A stretch of 64,000 bases of DNA from Toensbergia leucococca (Eukaryota): positions 248,001 to 312,000 of the forward strand of contig JALDZS010000003.1 of assembly GCA_022813965.1 (NCBI GenBank), in the 5' to 3' direction. The translations under genes were made by a program, and so were the position numbers. Positions 13,819 through 26,420 of this stretch are shown here, one piece after another. The notes under the pieces are model-generated. The model worked only from the letters and a program-made list of their open reading frames with translations. It was not told where the DNA came from and made no database searches. Each line of letters starts with the position of its first letter. The stretch's first letter is position 1.

Positions 13819-16800
13819 CTAATCAAACCACCTCCCATCCAACCCCTCCAAAAATTCCAAATCAACATTAACAAAACTCCTCCAAACATCAACCTCCCAC
13901 CTCCACGGCCGCGTCAATATCGCAAACGCAACCGCCGTCGCCACCTCCCTCAAATCTCCCTCATTCAACCCCATGACCAAAAACAGATCCCGCCTCACAA
14001 GCACATTCGCCCCTTCCCGGAGCATCGGAAACGGCTCCAGCCGCAGCCGCGACTGATGATGCATCGACCACTCCGAGCACGGCATGTCCTTGGGGATGAA
14101 CTTCCACGCCCAGCATCGACCCAGCTTGTCGAAGAAGGAGAGCTCGTCGCGCTTTTCGAGCCCGAGCATGAGCGGGTAGAAGTGCGGGGCGGACCAGATG
14201 CGCAGGAGGGCGAAGCGGGCGTTGGGGTTTTGGCGGGCAAACTGCCGGGTTTGGGCAAGGAGAGAGGTGGTGGGTTGGTGTGGGTTTTGGAGGGCGGGGG
14301 GCATGCACTTGTCGGTTAGACCCTTGGCTCGGTAGTCGATGTAGAGGTCTTTGGGGCGTCCTGGCTCTGCGGCGACTATGCCTTGACCGGCGGCGCTTGG
14401 GGTATACGCGTTGCAGAGGATTCCCTCTTTGAATACTGGAGTTGTGAGCGTGTGTCAGAAATATCCTCAGGTGAAACAGTATGCAATAAAGAAATAATGT
14501 TGGTCGATGCAGTCCATAAACTTACAATGTGCAACAATGGGACGCATTACATTGTCCCATTCAACGGGAAGATCGTCCTTGATGTGACCATTCCTAGGCA
14601 ATGCATCCCATTCTTTCCACATTTCTGCTGGCATGCGGTCATTACTCATCTGCGTCCTGCGATCCGGAAGATTCTTGGCCCGTTCCTTTTGATTTACAAG
14701 TAGAGACTCTTTAAACTCTAGCCCAGCTTCAAACTCGTAGAAGCCCAAGGGAAAGAAAAGGCCTACAGTAGAAGCTGCCTTTCGAATGTCTTTGAAAACG
14801 CGACGACTGGACATGGGATGTACCTTTAACCATGCTAAGATCTTGGCGCGAAAGATTTTTCGTGCTGGAGTGCTCGAATCGAATTCCGTCATTCTTTCGA
14901 CCAAGTCCGTCATTTGTTTATATTTTTCCTGTGCGCCGGGCTCCAAGTCGGCTTTGTGCCAGCATTCCTTGAAGACTGGAATCATGTAAGTACTAGGTAG
15001 TCACAGAAGCTGATGATCATACTGTTTGCTTTCTCTCTATCCAACCACTCGTCGAATTGCTGTCTCATGTCAGGGGCTTCGTAAGGTGTCTTCGAAAACC
15101 AGTCCTCGACGAGGTTCTGAAGCTGCAATTGCTCCTCTGTTAACTCTTCCTCTTCTTCGCTATGCTCGTGAACCTCGTCGGGGTCCGTGCTGTCGCTTTC
15201 CTCGTCGACTTCTTCGCTGGATTCCTCGTCGCTCCCCTCCTCACTCTCCTCATCACTACGATAGCGGCTTTCCTTGATTTTCTTAAGATATCCTTCGTCA
15301 ACTTCCTCATCGGTTTCCTCATCAGTATCGAGATCCAAGACAAATCTCCTCATATTTGGGAGACCATGTTCTAATTTACGCATGGAGTTTGTTATCTCCC
15401 GGACCGATGCTTTTGACGGACCATCCTGGAGTTCGTCGGGAAATAAGATCTGATCTTCCAAAAGATCCGCCTCTTTATATAATAGGTGGATTGGTGGATC
15501 GTTATGTTGCTTAGCAATGCTATCAGTATGCACAAACCAGGTTCTCTTCTCGTCATGGATCTCCGTATATATGTCGTCAGTGTCCTTGTCAGGCCGAATG
15601 TCGCGGACACGATGGCTCCCAGGGTCTCTAATAAGTGTTTTGAGAATTGGTGCTGCAGGATTGTAAAAGTCGGCTCCGCTACAGAAGCGATTTGCTTTGA
15701 TAAGTGTCTGGTAGAGTCAGTATGTAGCAATGCAAAAGGAAGGTGATTCCTTGATGAGACTAGAGGTTGAGGTTGAGGTGCTCTGAACCAGGAAATGTCC
15801 ATGCTTACATCTTGAACCGCATTATAAAGACGATAATACTGCTCCCCTGCTTCTAGATCCCACACGTAAACGTCGTAGTATTCAGAAAATCCGAAATGCC
15901 ATTTTCGGTGACTATCAATTTCTTTGAAGAAATCTGGCCCAACTTTTTTGACAACATTCCATTCCTTATTTGATGCCCTCCCGATTCCTGACTTCTCGCG
16001 TACAAGCCAGAGTTCATCTTGGGGAGGCTTGATCAGGATACGAGAGGTCTTGGCATCACGAACAAGTAGACATAACGAGCTTGTCTGCATAGCCAAGTAC
16101 TGAATGAATCGACGACTTATCGCGTTGTTCCGTTGGATATGAGCACATATGAAATTACGAGCCTCGTAAATGGCGTGCGTACGGCGGCCTACGTTCCTTG
16201 CGGACTGATGATGAACCGTCATTTTCTCCGCGTCAGAGAACTCCAGGTATGGTATGAAGCCCTAAGCAACCTTCAGTCAGCTTTCACTCACACTGTTCGA
16301 ACATAGGAAGAGGTACTAGCTGAAGAAACTGTGATCTTGTTCTATCGCCCACCCAACTCAGCCAATTTGCTGCAGGAAAGTAGTGGAAAATAGACAAGAT
16401 ATTCAGCTCAAAAAACTCATCCCAATGGCGGCACAGCTGAATGGCATCATATAGATTACTATCCTTGGCAATGATACTAAAATGCAGCCATCCACCGCGC
16501 GTCATTGCCTTCTCACTAGGATAATTGTAAATGAGCTTTCCACAAATTTTCACTCGTATATTCTTCTTGGTGTACTGCCCGTCATCAATTACTCCAAAAT
16601 CAATGACCGTTTGCTCAGTGAGGATGCTTTCACGGATTGTTTCACCTGCTTCTCGCCGTTTCCGCAACTTTCTCTCTTGTTTTGATGACCAGGACTCGGG
16701 AAGAGCACCAGCGCGTTTACGAAACGCAAACTGGTCTTGCTTTTTCTTGTCTTTGATGTCTAGCTCCTCGTCGTCGTCCTGTAGCTCACCATCGTCGTCT

Positions 16801-18333
16801 TCTGTTGATTCCTGTCCATTCCTCATCAAATCGGCGCAGGCATCACGGATTTCTTCTAGCCCAGGCTGCTCCATTTTCAAGCATATATCTCTTAGATCTG
16901 CATCAGAAATATCTTCATCATTCAGAAAGTCTTCGATGCTCTGCGCACGAAGAGCGGCTGGGAGTAGAGCTGCATGAGAGAGCAAAAGTCGACAGAACAG
17001 CAGATGTTTTATCTCGAAAATATCTTTCAATAATTGATCTATCTCATCATCAGGTAGAGCGGCAGTCTTGGAGGTAATGACTGGATTCTCAATACTTCCT
17101 TGTATCAACAATGCAGCTGGTCTATGTTCATATTTGTATTCGGAGCCTTGCTGCAACCGTTGACGCATTTCTGATCTTGACTCAATTGTTCCTTTTTCAA
17201 TAGGTTCTTGAATTGCATTACTAGGACCTTGAGATTTCTTCTTGTTCTTGGCGCTTTTGCTTCCTTTAGTGGTCACTGAGCTGATTTTGTCAAAGGAGTC
17301 TTGACCATTAATTGTTCCATCTGCTCGAGGTGATCCATTCGTCTTTAGAGTTGCATTGGCTCCAAGCTTCACGCTTGTCGCATCAGTCGTGTCGGATTTT
17401 TCGGGTTGGGATGGTCCTCGGGCGTTGTTTGATTCTGAATTTTGTTTGCTGTCCTCTCGCAAAGCATCCCTCCAAAGAAAGTGTCTAATCAAGTCCAAGA
17501 AATTGCCTCGTTCATTCTCGATGACTTCCTCAATCGGATCCCAGTTGGCTTCTTCTTCCTGTTTGGATTCAGACATGCGCGCTCTGTACACCTCGTCCAG
17601 ATAGTTCTCTTGACGTCGAGCATCTTCCTTCGAACGCAGGTCGTTCATCCGAAGCTTGAGTTCCTTCCAGTGGCGCTTGACCAGAGCAGATTCGCGCTTG
17701 ACCCTCTTGATCTCTTTTTCTCGGTGGGCCTCTTCCTCGTCCTGACATTGACGCACCCAACTGAACCATTTCTCCTGCTTGTACAGTACTTCGGCAGTCC
17801 TGCGCTCGAGGCGCTCCAAGGCTCGTAAGACGATAAATTTTTGACTTTGAAGATTGTCCAAGTAGTTTTGATGGCCATAATCGAGCTTGAGGAAGAAGAA
17901 GCGACTATGGTGAAGCTTCCGTGCTCGAATGACGCGATCTAGTAGACTATACTTGAGGAAGAGGTGTCTGTGTAATTCATCCAAGGTATCTTCGGAATCC
18001 ACGTCTCCAAAGGTCTGATTAGCTAGTGGCACGGAGGCCGTGGCCAAGGAATATGGGGGTTTGGCGTTCAAGGCATCAAGACGAGCGTTACGGGTCTTGT
18101 AACCTTTGTAAAGATCTACATAGGACGCAATAAGTTGGGTCAATCATTCGGTATTTAGTGGTATCGAGCCATTGCCTACCTTGACACTGTTTAGAGTGAA
18201 AGTAACAGAACAAGCGATTTACAGAAGTGGCGTTTTCCTGGCATTGTTTCTCATCGGATACATTCAATGCTGTACAGATTGTCCCATTTTGCACAGTCTG
18301 ATGATTGGCATTGCCCGCATTGTCGGGAGCCAT
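13819..18333 (-). CDS. Large conserved fungal protein of unknown function (about 1380 aa, 6 exons)
   Basis: ORFs 18088-18333, 16284-18143, 15392-16222, 14982-15533, 14467-14985 and 13819-14304 join in frame through GT-AG introns (18116-18179, about 16262-16316, about 15710-15807, 14976-15022, about 14436-14525). Contains C-x10-C-x11-C-x2-H-x3-C, LDYGH, RGGWLHFSIIAK, WSAPHFYPLM and WKFIPKDMP. Confidence 0.8.
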
Positions 18334-18822
18334 ATTTCTGCGCTATTGCAACGACATTGATTTGATCTATCTCCTATCTCGGTTTGGTTGGTGATGGATA
18401 ATGCTACGCGACAACAAACGCGAGAATTTGTGCGTTTCTAGTTTAGCTGTGCCGCCCCCTAATATTTAATATTCCTCGATTCTTGGGATGTTCAACTCTT
18501 TTTGTAGCAATTCCCGGTACTTTAGGGATGCTGTCACACTGACGCCCCTTCTGATGCATAGACACCTTTCTGCCAGAATACATGTTTAAATCTAGAGAAT
18601 TATATTGATTTACATAGAGATTACGTGTGCTGTTGAAAAGGAAGTGCGGTCCGTTCTCCGCAAAATCCATCACTGCTCCCATTCTGCTGTCTCCACTCAT
18701 TGATACTTCAAGCGAGGTAGAGTTTCTAGGTGAGCTTTTAGACTACCGTAGCTGCCTAAACGCTTTACGGTAGCGCCCTTATCTTAAGCGCCTTTGCGCC
18801 TGAAGATTTAAATTATGAGAAA

Positions 18823-18945
18823 GAGAACTCAGTCCAGGTCAGATTGAGTGAGGAGGATATGGAAGAGATTGACTTGATCCTGGCTACCATTGAGGTGATT
18901 GGTCACAGATACCACTCGTTTGGCACGAAGCTCGTCAATGGGTAG
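18823..18945 (+). pseudogene. Orphan 3' fragment of an aldo-keto reductase (pyridoxal reductase-like)
   Basis: Translates ENSVQVRLSEEDMEEIDLILATIEVIGHRYHSFGTKLVNG*, resembling an AKR C-terminus; no upstream AKR exons are visible. Confidence 0.55.
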
Positions 18946-20502
18946 AGCCTGTCGACTTTCCCTCAATCTCCGTAGCTTGATGTGGAGTAAGGTAATCTTC
19001 TTCCTAGCTGACGAGGTGGTACTCCTTTACATCTGTTCAAAACCACCAAGCCACGATTCGATTGAGGCGCGCTCGTCTTAAGGCCGATTGAACCAACCTA
19101 GCAATCGCTCACACCCACTCCTGGTTGGCATCCCAAGCAAGTACCAGACTGAGCGTCAAAGCTTTTGTAGGGAGACCTCACATTTCCTCTCACCAACGAC
19201 AAACACACAATTTTCCCGCGCACGCTCCGTAATATCTCACTCATCTCATACCCTTCGTACTCAGAAATCCGGCGCAATATATTCTTCACAAAATCCCATA
19301 ATCGCCACCATCCATTCCCTCCAGCAAAGACACCCAACTCCCCCCAAACCCACCGCCCGAAAAAGATCCCAGCTCCTATAGCGCCCAGATAAGCAGCCCC
19401 TATCCGCACAAATCATCCAAATCATCCAGACCCCCCCCTCACCCTCGTACGAAAAAAAAACCAACGCAACAACCCCCAAAGCAAACCCACAAAAAAAAAA
19501 CCTCCAAAACCCTTCAAAGTAAAACCACTACAGCTCCACAACACCAAGAAAAACAAACCCCCCCCGCCCCCCCCAAACCCATCCCAAATCCCCAAAAGCT
19601 CCACTTAACAACCATCCCCCCCCCAAAAATAACCAAAAAAAAACCACCAACCCGCGCCCCCACTCCACCCCCACCTCAACTCAGAAAAGAAAAGGAAAAG
19701 GGAACTCACAAAGTCACTATTCAGCCCAGCGGGAAAAGCGTCCTTACTCAACTCAACTCAGACCCCAGAGCCCCAGAAGTCCCCCCGTTGCCAAAAAAAA
19801 AAAAAAAAAACAGTAATACAAACTCCATCCACACCCCCACCTCCCAACTCAACACCCGAAAATTTCTGCAGAAATTTCCCCTGTTTTCCGGACACACATG
19901 TCTAGTCCGATCAACACAAGCAATAAATCTCCACATTACGGCACGAGGCCGCGTTTCCGACTCTCTTGAACCACAATCTCGGGACGCATTCAATGATCTT
20001 TTCTTCATCCATTCCCCCCCAAAAAAAGAGGGGGGGGGAAAGGGTTGGAGGGGCGAGGTAGAAACATGATGCAAATGCCACTTGATTCACAAAAAAACAC
20101 AACACCCTTTACCTTGTGGAGAAACAAACTCCATCAACGGACCTTCAAATGCGGCCCCCCCTCTCGGCCGGGGTGAAGAGAAAAGCAACATTCAAAAAAG
20201 CAAGATAAGCACAACTGTTTCCTAAAAAAAAAATGCTAAATCAAAAGCTCCAAGTAACTAAGAGTATGTGGATTATCCGCCCCCTTGAATACACACGCTC
20301 TCTCCGCATTTATTCCCCAAAAATGCCTGCATAACATCCCTCATCATTTCCATCCATCGTAAAAAAAAAAAAAGGGGGTAAACCTTCCTGTAGAAACGAC
20401 AAAAACCTAAAAAAAAAAGATGAAACACAACATCTCTCCGCCCCCCTTCCCTCCACAAATGAACAGAGGTGGAAAATAAAAAAAACACACACACACAACA
20501 CA

Positions 20503-23306
20503 TCACTCCCCACCCCCACCACTTCCGCCCCCATCCACCTTTCTCAAAAACTCCCTCACCCGCCCATCATCCACCACCTCTCCCTTCTCACTCTCAACCG
20601 CAACCAACAACCCATCCACCATCTCATCCACAACCCCCTCCTCCAACCCCGTACACAGCGACACCACCCGCCTCATCTTGCCCTCAAGTACCGTACTCTT
20701 CCCATTCAACCGTCGAATCTCCGCCTCCAGATTAGCATTGTTCTTCCTATAAGCTCTGCAGCGCGCCCACAAAATCTCCGAGCTGGGTAGGGACTCGATG
20801 TATTCACGCTGCTGGGGCGTGACAGCAGTGAGGCGTGCGTCAGGGTCCAGGTCCAACAGCGGTCGCAGGATAGGGTCGATCTTCATGTCGCCGTCCGCGT
20901 CTCCAAAGTTCCACACTCTATCCGACATGGGAGTGCCGTCGGCGGTGATTTTGGCAATCATTTCCTGTTCGGCACGACGCAGATTGGCGTGTCGTTGGCG
21001 TTGGGCGTTACGCTCGGCTTGGTTGCGTTGGATTTCGTGGAGGCGGCGCTTTTCTTCGTTTAGGAGGGCGGTTTCCTCGCGGAGCTGGACGGTTACTTGG
21101 TCGATGAGAGCTTGTCTCGCTTGCATGTCGGCTTTGTGGGCGGTAAGGGTGTCGGAGACGACGGTAGACATTGCTGTTGAAGGAAATTAGAATTGCGTGT
21201 GGTATGGAATTGGTTGTCAAAGGGAGAGGAGACTTACAGGCTAAGAGATTGCGACTGATTTCGCTGACCTTACTAGTTGCACTTCTCTCTTGTTTTGGTT
21301 GTGAGTTCGAGGGCTGGCTTCCTGTTTGCTCTGGTTCCCCCCCAACTCCGAAATCCACTGGCTTTAGACCGCCGCGATTGGGAATAGTAGGATTGCCTCC
21401 GACTTCTAGTAGCTGCTGTATGATACCTTTGTTCCCAATTCTAGCGGCAAGATTCAATGCAGTATCCCCTGACATGTCTACTGCGTTGACGACCTCGGAC
21501 ATGAATCTCGCGAGGCCGATCGACTTTATGGGCGGTATAGGATTGTGGATGTTCCATGAATCTTGCTGGCTGTTTGACGGACTCCCTTGGCGTACAACGA
21601 ACTCAAGTAGAGAATCCAAGTAGTATCGGCAAGCCAAGCTTCGGCCTTTGACGGCGGAAGAGACAGCAATGTGATGTAGGACAGTGCGACCACGACCATC
21701 TCTCATCTCTATGGTAGGGCCAAGTAGTTCAAGCAATTCAGGAAAGCTGTTCTGGTCCAAATTATTGGTAGTAAGGGCAGCACGAATCAAAGCAGTCTCG
21801 CCGCCTCCATTGGCTCGAAAGATGCTGGCTCCTTTGTCAATTAAAGCTCGTAAGAGCGGGATACGTGCAAGTGTTGCGGCCCAATGGAGAGCAGTATGTG
21901 CAGTCGCATCAATTGGAATGTCGATATCTTCGGCTGATAGGCTCAGCAAAGCTGGATGTTTTGAGAAATCTGTTTGAGTGGGATCGAGGAAGAGTGAGGT
22001 AAGAACCTGCTGTTTCTCGATGGCTGCACTGCTCGTGGGCTGGGGCAGTGGCTGTAGACCCATGATGGTACCGTCCAAGTCTGGCTGAATAAGTCCTTGT
22101 TGATGGTATACGAAAGAATCGTTGGGCTCAGTGGGTGTCGTGTCTCTCATCGACACGTCAAAGTCACCGCTAAAAGGTTGGCAAAAAGGATCCTGACTTG
22201 ATGAAGGTCTTACGCGCTTTCGTGGTGGCTCTTGGACCTCACCGTTCTGTTGATAATCACGACGCACATTCATAAAATACGGCCCATTCTGAGGTCGAAG
22301 AGCAGGATCAAGCTGGTTGTTCCCTCCAAAACTACCCTCTGAATGCAAGCTTTGCATGCTCTGCTGACTACTCCCGGGATACATGGATTCTTGACTCCCC
22401 ATCATTTGCTGTGACGCTTGCCGTGCAGCTGCCGGACGTCGGTTACCACTACCTGGACGTGGTCCTGGTGAGTCAAATCTTGCTTTGCTGATTGCACTTA
22501 CGGCATTGGCAGCATTTGCTGAGATGTTTTTAAAGAATGTCCCATTCGGTGATTTTGCTGAGGGGCGGTTCTCAGTCCCACCGTTTCGCATATTTCTCTT
22601 GCGTTGAGCTGCCATTGCCTGCTCTTTTGTAGGCGTTTCCACTCCACCTTGTCCGGCCATATGGATGCCATCTTGACCCATGTCATATTCAAGTAATGGG
22701 CGAAGGATCTCTTCAACTCCATATTGACGGCAGAAGTCTACTCCTCTCCTATAATTGATCCATGTGCCTTGGTATTTACCATAGCCTCCTTGCACCTTTT
22801 CATGTTCGCCTGCGAGAATTTCCTTATCAAGTATCTTTGTTCTCTTCCCTTTCTCTACACCAGCGACTTTTAATATTTGGGTTGCGTTCAACCAGGAATC
22901 GGAGCGACGACGCATAACGATAATGCGATTGACTTCCATCTCGTACACGGATACACCAGAATAGACAGCCTTGGAGGCGAACTATATTAGCCAAGAAGAG
23001 GGAAAGTCGCAGACTTGGGCTTACAGTGTATATTTGAGGTCTATGACCAGGGGGATAGCGCTGTTGGACAATTCCTCCATTGAGATCCCCAGATGCTTTA
23101 AGGGGGGTCTGCTGCATGTGCATACCATTGGGAGTTCCATAACTTCCCATGCCGAAAGACATATTATGTTGATGTCCTCTTGGAGCTGGAGTCGTTGCGG
23201 TAGGGGTGGATGCAGCAGACAGCGAAGGGTATGTGCCGTTCATGGAGGAGCCGGTGCTGTTTCGAGAAAAGGAGGGTACAGGATATTGTGGGGAGTTGGC
23301 CTGCAT
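20503..23306 (-). CDS. SWI6: APSES/ankyrin-repeat cell-cycle transcription factor (Swi6/Cdc10-like MBF subunit), 3 exons
   Basis: PQIYT|AVYSGVSVYEMEVN..MRRRSDSWLNATQILKVAG..HEKVQGGYGKYQGTW; ankyrin repeats TALHWAA and GDTALNLAAR; C-terminal coiled coil; introns about 22970-23024 and 21177-21237. Confidence 0.85.
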
Positions 23307-23853
23307 GATCGATGTGACAAAGAGAGGTATGATTCGATCAAGGAGAATTGAAAAATCTGTGATGCGATGATATCGAGGTCAGCATGCGACTTGTCGGCGC
23401 TCAAACGTCACAGCTTACGAGGGCAATTTGGTTGTAGCAACGGGGGGACGTGTGCTCGTCGCGCTGACTAGAAATGGAAGGATAATTACGCGATTTTGGT
23501 GGCTAGAATAACGATCGGCGGTCCAGACCTTCTTGCTTCTTCTCTTCCAGGGCACAGAGAAGGTTGGACTTGGTAAAGGAATCAAGAGGTCAAAGATGAT
23601 GAAGAGCACACTGAAACGAACGACTCAACTCAGTCATCCATGTGTTGAATTGAGAGGGGTGCAATATTCCCTGTTCCTTTTCCACTTCCACTTCCTCGCC
23701 GACAATCCGCGTCTCGTCTGTTCTAGTAAATCCGCTAATTTCGGCGGTTTACATTGATCCATTCCGATATTCTATAAGTCAATCAAAGAATGTCCGGAAG
23801 AGCTCCAGGGACACTATTGATTGCAAGACACACTCCTTTCAGGACTTTAGAGT

Positions 23854-24834
23854 ATGTCTGGAGATATTAGACGACTCCTCCGAGCTCTACTTCGTCAGTG
23901 TACCTATCTTCCTGACCCAGCTGCCCGCACATATTTCCACGCTTATGTCCTGTCTCGTTTCCGAGACTACTTTCCACGCCCAATCCTAGACCAATCAGGT
24001 CAAAAACAAGAATTAATAGATCTCCATCGTGCAAAAAGTCTCACCACAGCCGCCAACAAAATTCTCTCGCTGTTGACAAGAGCCAATGCTGGACATTTGG
24101 ATTGTCTCACCAGGGTGCTCGAATTGACCTGTGGCCGGAAGGGCAAAAGAAGACATGCTCTTCTGCACTCTCTTCGCCTGCCGGACGTGCCCAATGACCA
24201 CACAGCATTAGCTCAACTTAGCATCTCCAAATCACAGACTTCACCCCCTCCGCTCCTCCCGCCGAAGCTTGAGGCTGTTCTCAAGGTCCAAATGGCGCGA
24301 AAGGCAGAACAATTGTCGAGATTACCAGTTAGAGGGATAGAGCCAGTGATTCCTGAGACCAATAGCTGGGGACGGAAGATGCCTCTGATCAGGGTAAAGA
24401 ATATCAAGAAGAAATGGCTCGCAGAGACTCTAGACAAAGTTTTACCACCACTCCCCGAAGCAGAATTCGCTCGACTGCGAGACCTTGCTACGGGTCGAGC
24501 TCGTTGGGAAGGGCTTCTACCACGTAGGGGATTGCCTGGGACGGTACTATCTAAACAGCAGCATGCCCACGTAATCACGGGTAGATTGATGAGGAGATTG
24601 TGGGCCAAAGTCCTCTTGCAATGTTCGGTCATGAGATGGGATGCCTCTGTTTTGAAATGGAGAGTGACTTGGGGATCTCTAACCCAAGGTAACCTCTCAG
24701 ATACGAACCCATCCATGCCAGTGGACACGACTCTCTTCGACGACATCAATGAAAAAGGCAAGCCTGCTGTGGCGGCGCGGCAACCCCCTGTCAGACAACC
24801 TGCTCGGAGTATCAATGCACAGAAGGGTCTTTGA
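23854..24834 (+). CDS. Putative mitochondrial LYR-motif-like protein (Cup1/LYRM-like N-terminus)
   Basis: 326-aa basic, intronless ORF with RALLRQCTYLPD..VLSRFR, GRKGKRRH, IPETNSWGRKMP and LPPLP. Confidence 0.7.
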   Translation: MSGDIRRLLRALLRQCTYLPDPAARTYFHAYVLSRFRDYFPRPILDQSGQKQELIDLHRAKSLTTAANKILSLLTRANAGHLDCLTRVLELTCGRKGKRRHALLHSLRLPDVPNDHTALAQLSISKSQTSPPPLLPPKLEAVLKVQMARKAEQLSRLPVRGIEPVIPETNSWGRKMPLIRVKNIKKKWLAETLDKVLPPLPEAEFARLRDLATGRARWEGLLPRRGLPGTVLSKQQHAHVITGRLMRRLWAKVLLQCSVMRWDASVLKWRVTWGSLTQGNLSDTNPSMPVDTTLFDDINEKGKPAVAARQPPVRQPARSINAQKGL

Positions 24835-25013
24835 GATTGTTCTAGGATACTCAACCAGAAAACAACAAGTCTACTCACATCCGGATCCCCATTGCCCATC
24901 AACGGCAGTAAATCCCCCCTTCCCCAATAAGAAACCCCGCATGCCAAAGCAAACCACGCATAAAAATCCGCACAAATTTCAAACCCTCCACAAAACTCCT
25001 TACCACCTTCTAC

Positions 25014-25259
25014 CTACTCCCCACTCCCACTCACCCCTTCGGCCCCCGCCCTCCTCCGCCTATACCACCTCCACCCCAAACCCCCCACAACAAGCACAAA
25101 AACGCCCCCGATGGCAATTGCCACCACCGCCCCCGTCGCTAACCCATCATCATCATGATAGCAGCAGTCGTCGCCGCCGTTTTGATTAACGGCCACAGGA
25201 TTGTCGCCCTGATCAGCGTAGATTTGGCGAGAGAGGAGGAGAGGGGCCAAGGAAGGCAT
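25014..25259 (-). CDS. Small single-pass membrane protein (81 aa)
   Basis: GLATGAVVAIAIGGVFVLVVGGLGW TM helix followed by a YRRRR stop-transfer signal; TATATAA box on the minus strand at about 25427-25435. Confidence 0.6.
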   Translation of the reverse strand: MPSLAPLLLSRQIYADQGDNPVAVNQNGGDDCCYHDDDGLATGAVVAIAIGGVFVLVVGGLGWRWYRRRRAGAEGVSGSGE

Positions 25260-25739
25260 CGTTCGCTTTCGGTTAGAGGACTTGGAGAAGATCTCTGGTG
25301 GGTCTTTTTTGAGGGTATTGTGGTTGGTTGTCTCGGAATGGATTTGGTGATTATGTTTTTTGAGGCTTGTGCGTGTGCAGAATGAGCGGCTTTCTAGGGA
25401 GAGAAGGATGGGGGAGATTCTGAAGGATTATATAGCGTCTCCTGCTTTTCCGCCGGGGGTATTCATCGTCGGCATTGTCAGTCAGGATGGCGATAGCGGG
25501 TGTGAAGGGCCGGTTCATGATTCATGAGGGTGGGATCTTAGCCGCAATGTGGGAGTCGATATGGATGTGATGCGGATGCGGACTCATTGAGCAACTGACT
25601 CCTTGGGCCTTCTTTTGAGTCTTCATAAGATAGGACATGAATCAGAGTATAGTTTGGCGCAATCACGGGAGAGAAGAATGAAAGAAGGGAAGCTGTGAAT
25701 GTATGGCAAATATCCATCCAAACCCCCGCATCAACATCT

Positions 25740-26420
25740 ACTCATTTTCATCAACAGTGTGAGAAAGAAAACCCACAAATCCCTCCCTCCCTTCTTTTCC
25801 CCTAGAAAAACTCAAATTGTGCAAAAGAAGCTACCTTAGTCACAGCCCTCTGAAATATCAATAAATTGTAACATTTCATCACACACCCCGCCTCTCACAT
25901 CTGTATTCTTAAATTCACACTGCATGATGATGACACTCTCACAGTTCTTTCAGAAGAAATATTGAAATGATAGAAAAAAAAAGGGGGGGGGGGAAGAGAG
26001 ATGTAAATGATTAGAGAGTGTTACTCTGACACAACTCAAAAAGTAGACCTTGTTTATTAATTTCTATATCTGATTTTGACTGTGTCATTCTCTTATATTG
26101 TGTCTCTTACCTTATTATCTACACAAAAATCTCACGTTATCATTTATGAGATACTTCTCTCATCACAACTTTTTTCTTATCTTATTCTTATCATTCTCTT
26201 TGATTTTATCAACTCATAAAGTCTCATACCTTATCATCTTAAACAAACCTCATCTAACTCTCACTCTCATCTAACTCTCACTCTCATCTCATTCCCACCC
26301 TCATCTCAGTTCTCACCCTCCTCCCCCCCCTAACCTCCCACCTCCTCACCCCCCAAAAAAAACCCAGAAATTAAAAAAAAAAAGAAAAGACATGCCAAAA
26401 AAAAACAACAACACCAAATC
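25740..26420. repeat. Degenerate AT-rich, CpG-depleted repeat relic
   Basis: Very few CpG, tandem CTCATCTAACTCTCA units at 26248-26290 and homopolymer runs; CTCATCTCAG motifs resemble the reverse complement of 13500-13650. Confidence 0.5.

Noticed and set aside
13645..14319. 224-aa plus-strand ORF
   Set aside because: Antisense shadow of the last exon of the 13819-18333 gene, kept open by skewed composition.
19098..19604. Hydrophobic minus-strand ORFs as a membrane protein gene
   Set aside because: Gly/Phe/Val richness follows from G/T homopolymers; no consistent exon structure could be built.
24213..24947. 244-aa minus-strand ORF
   Set aside because: Antisense to the LYR-like gene, with no recognisable motifs.
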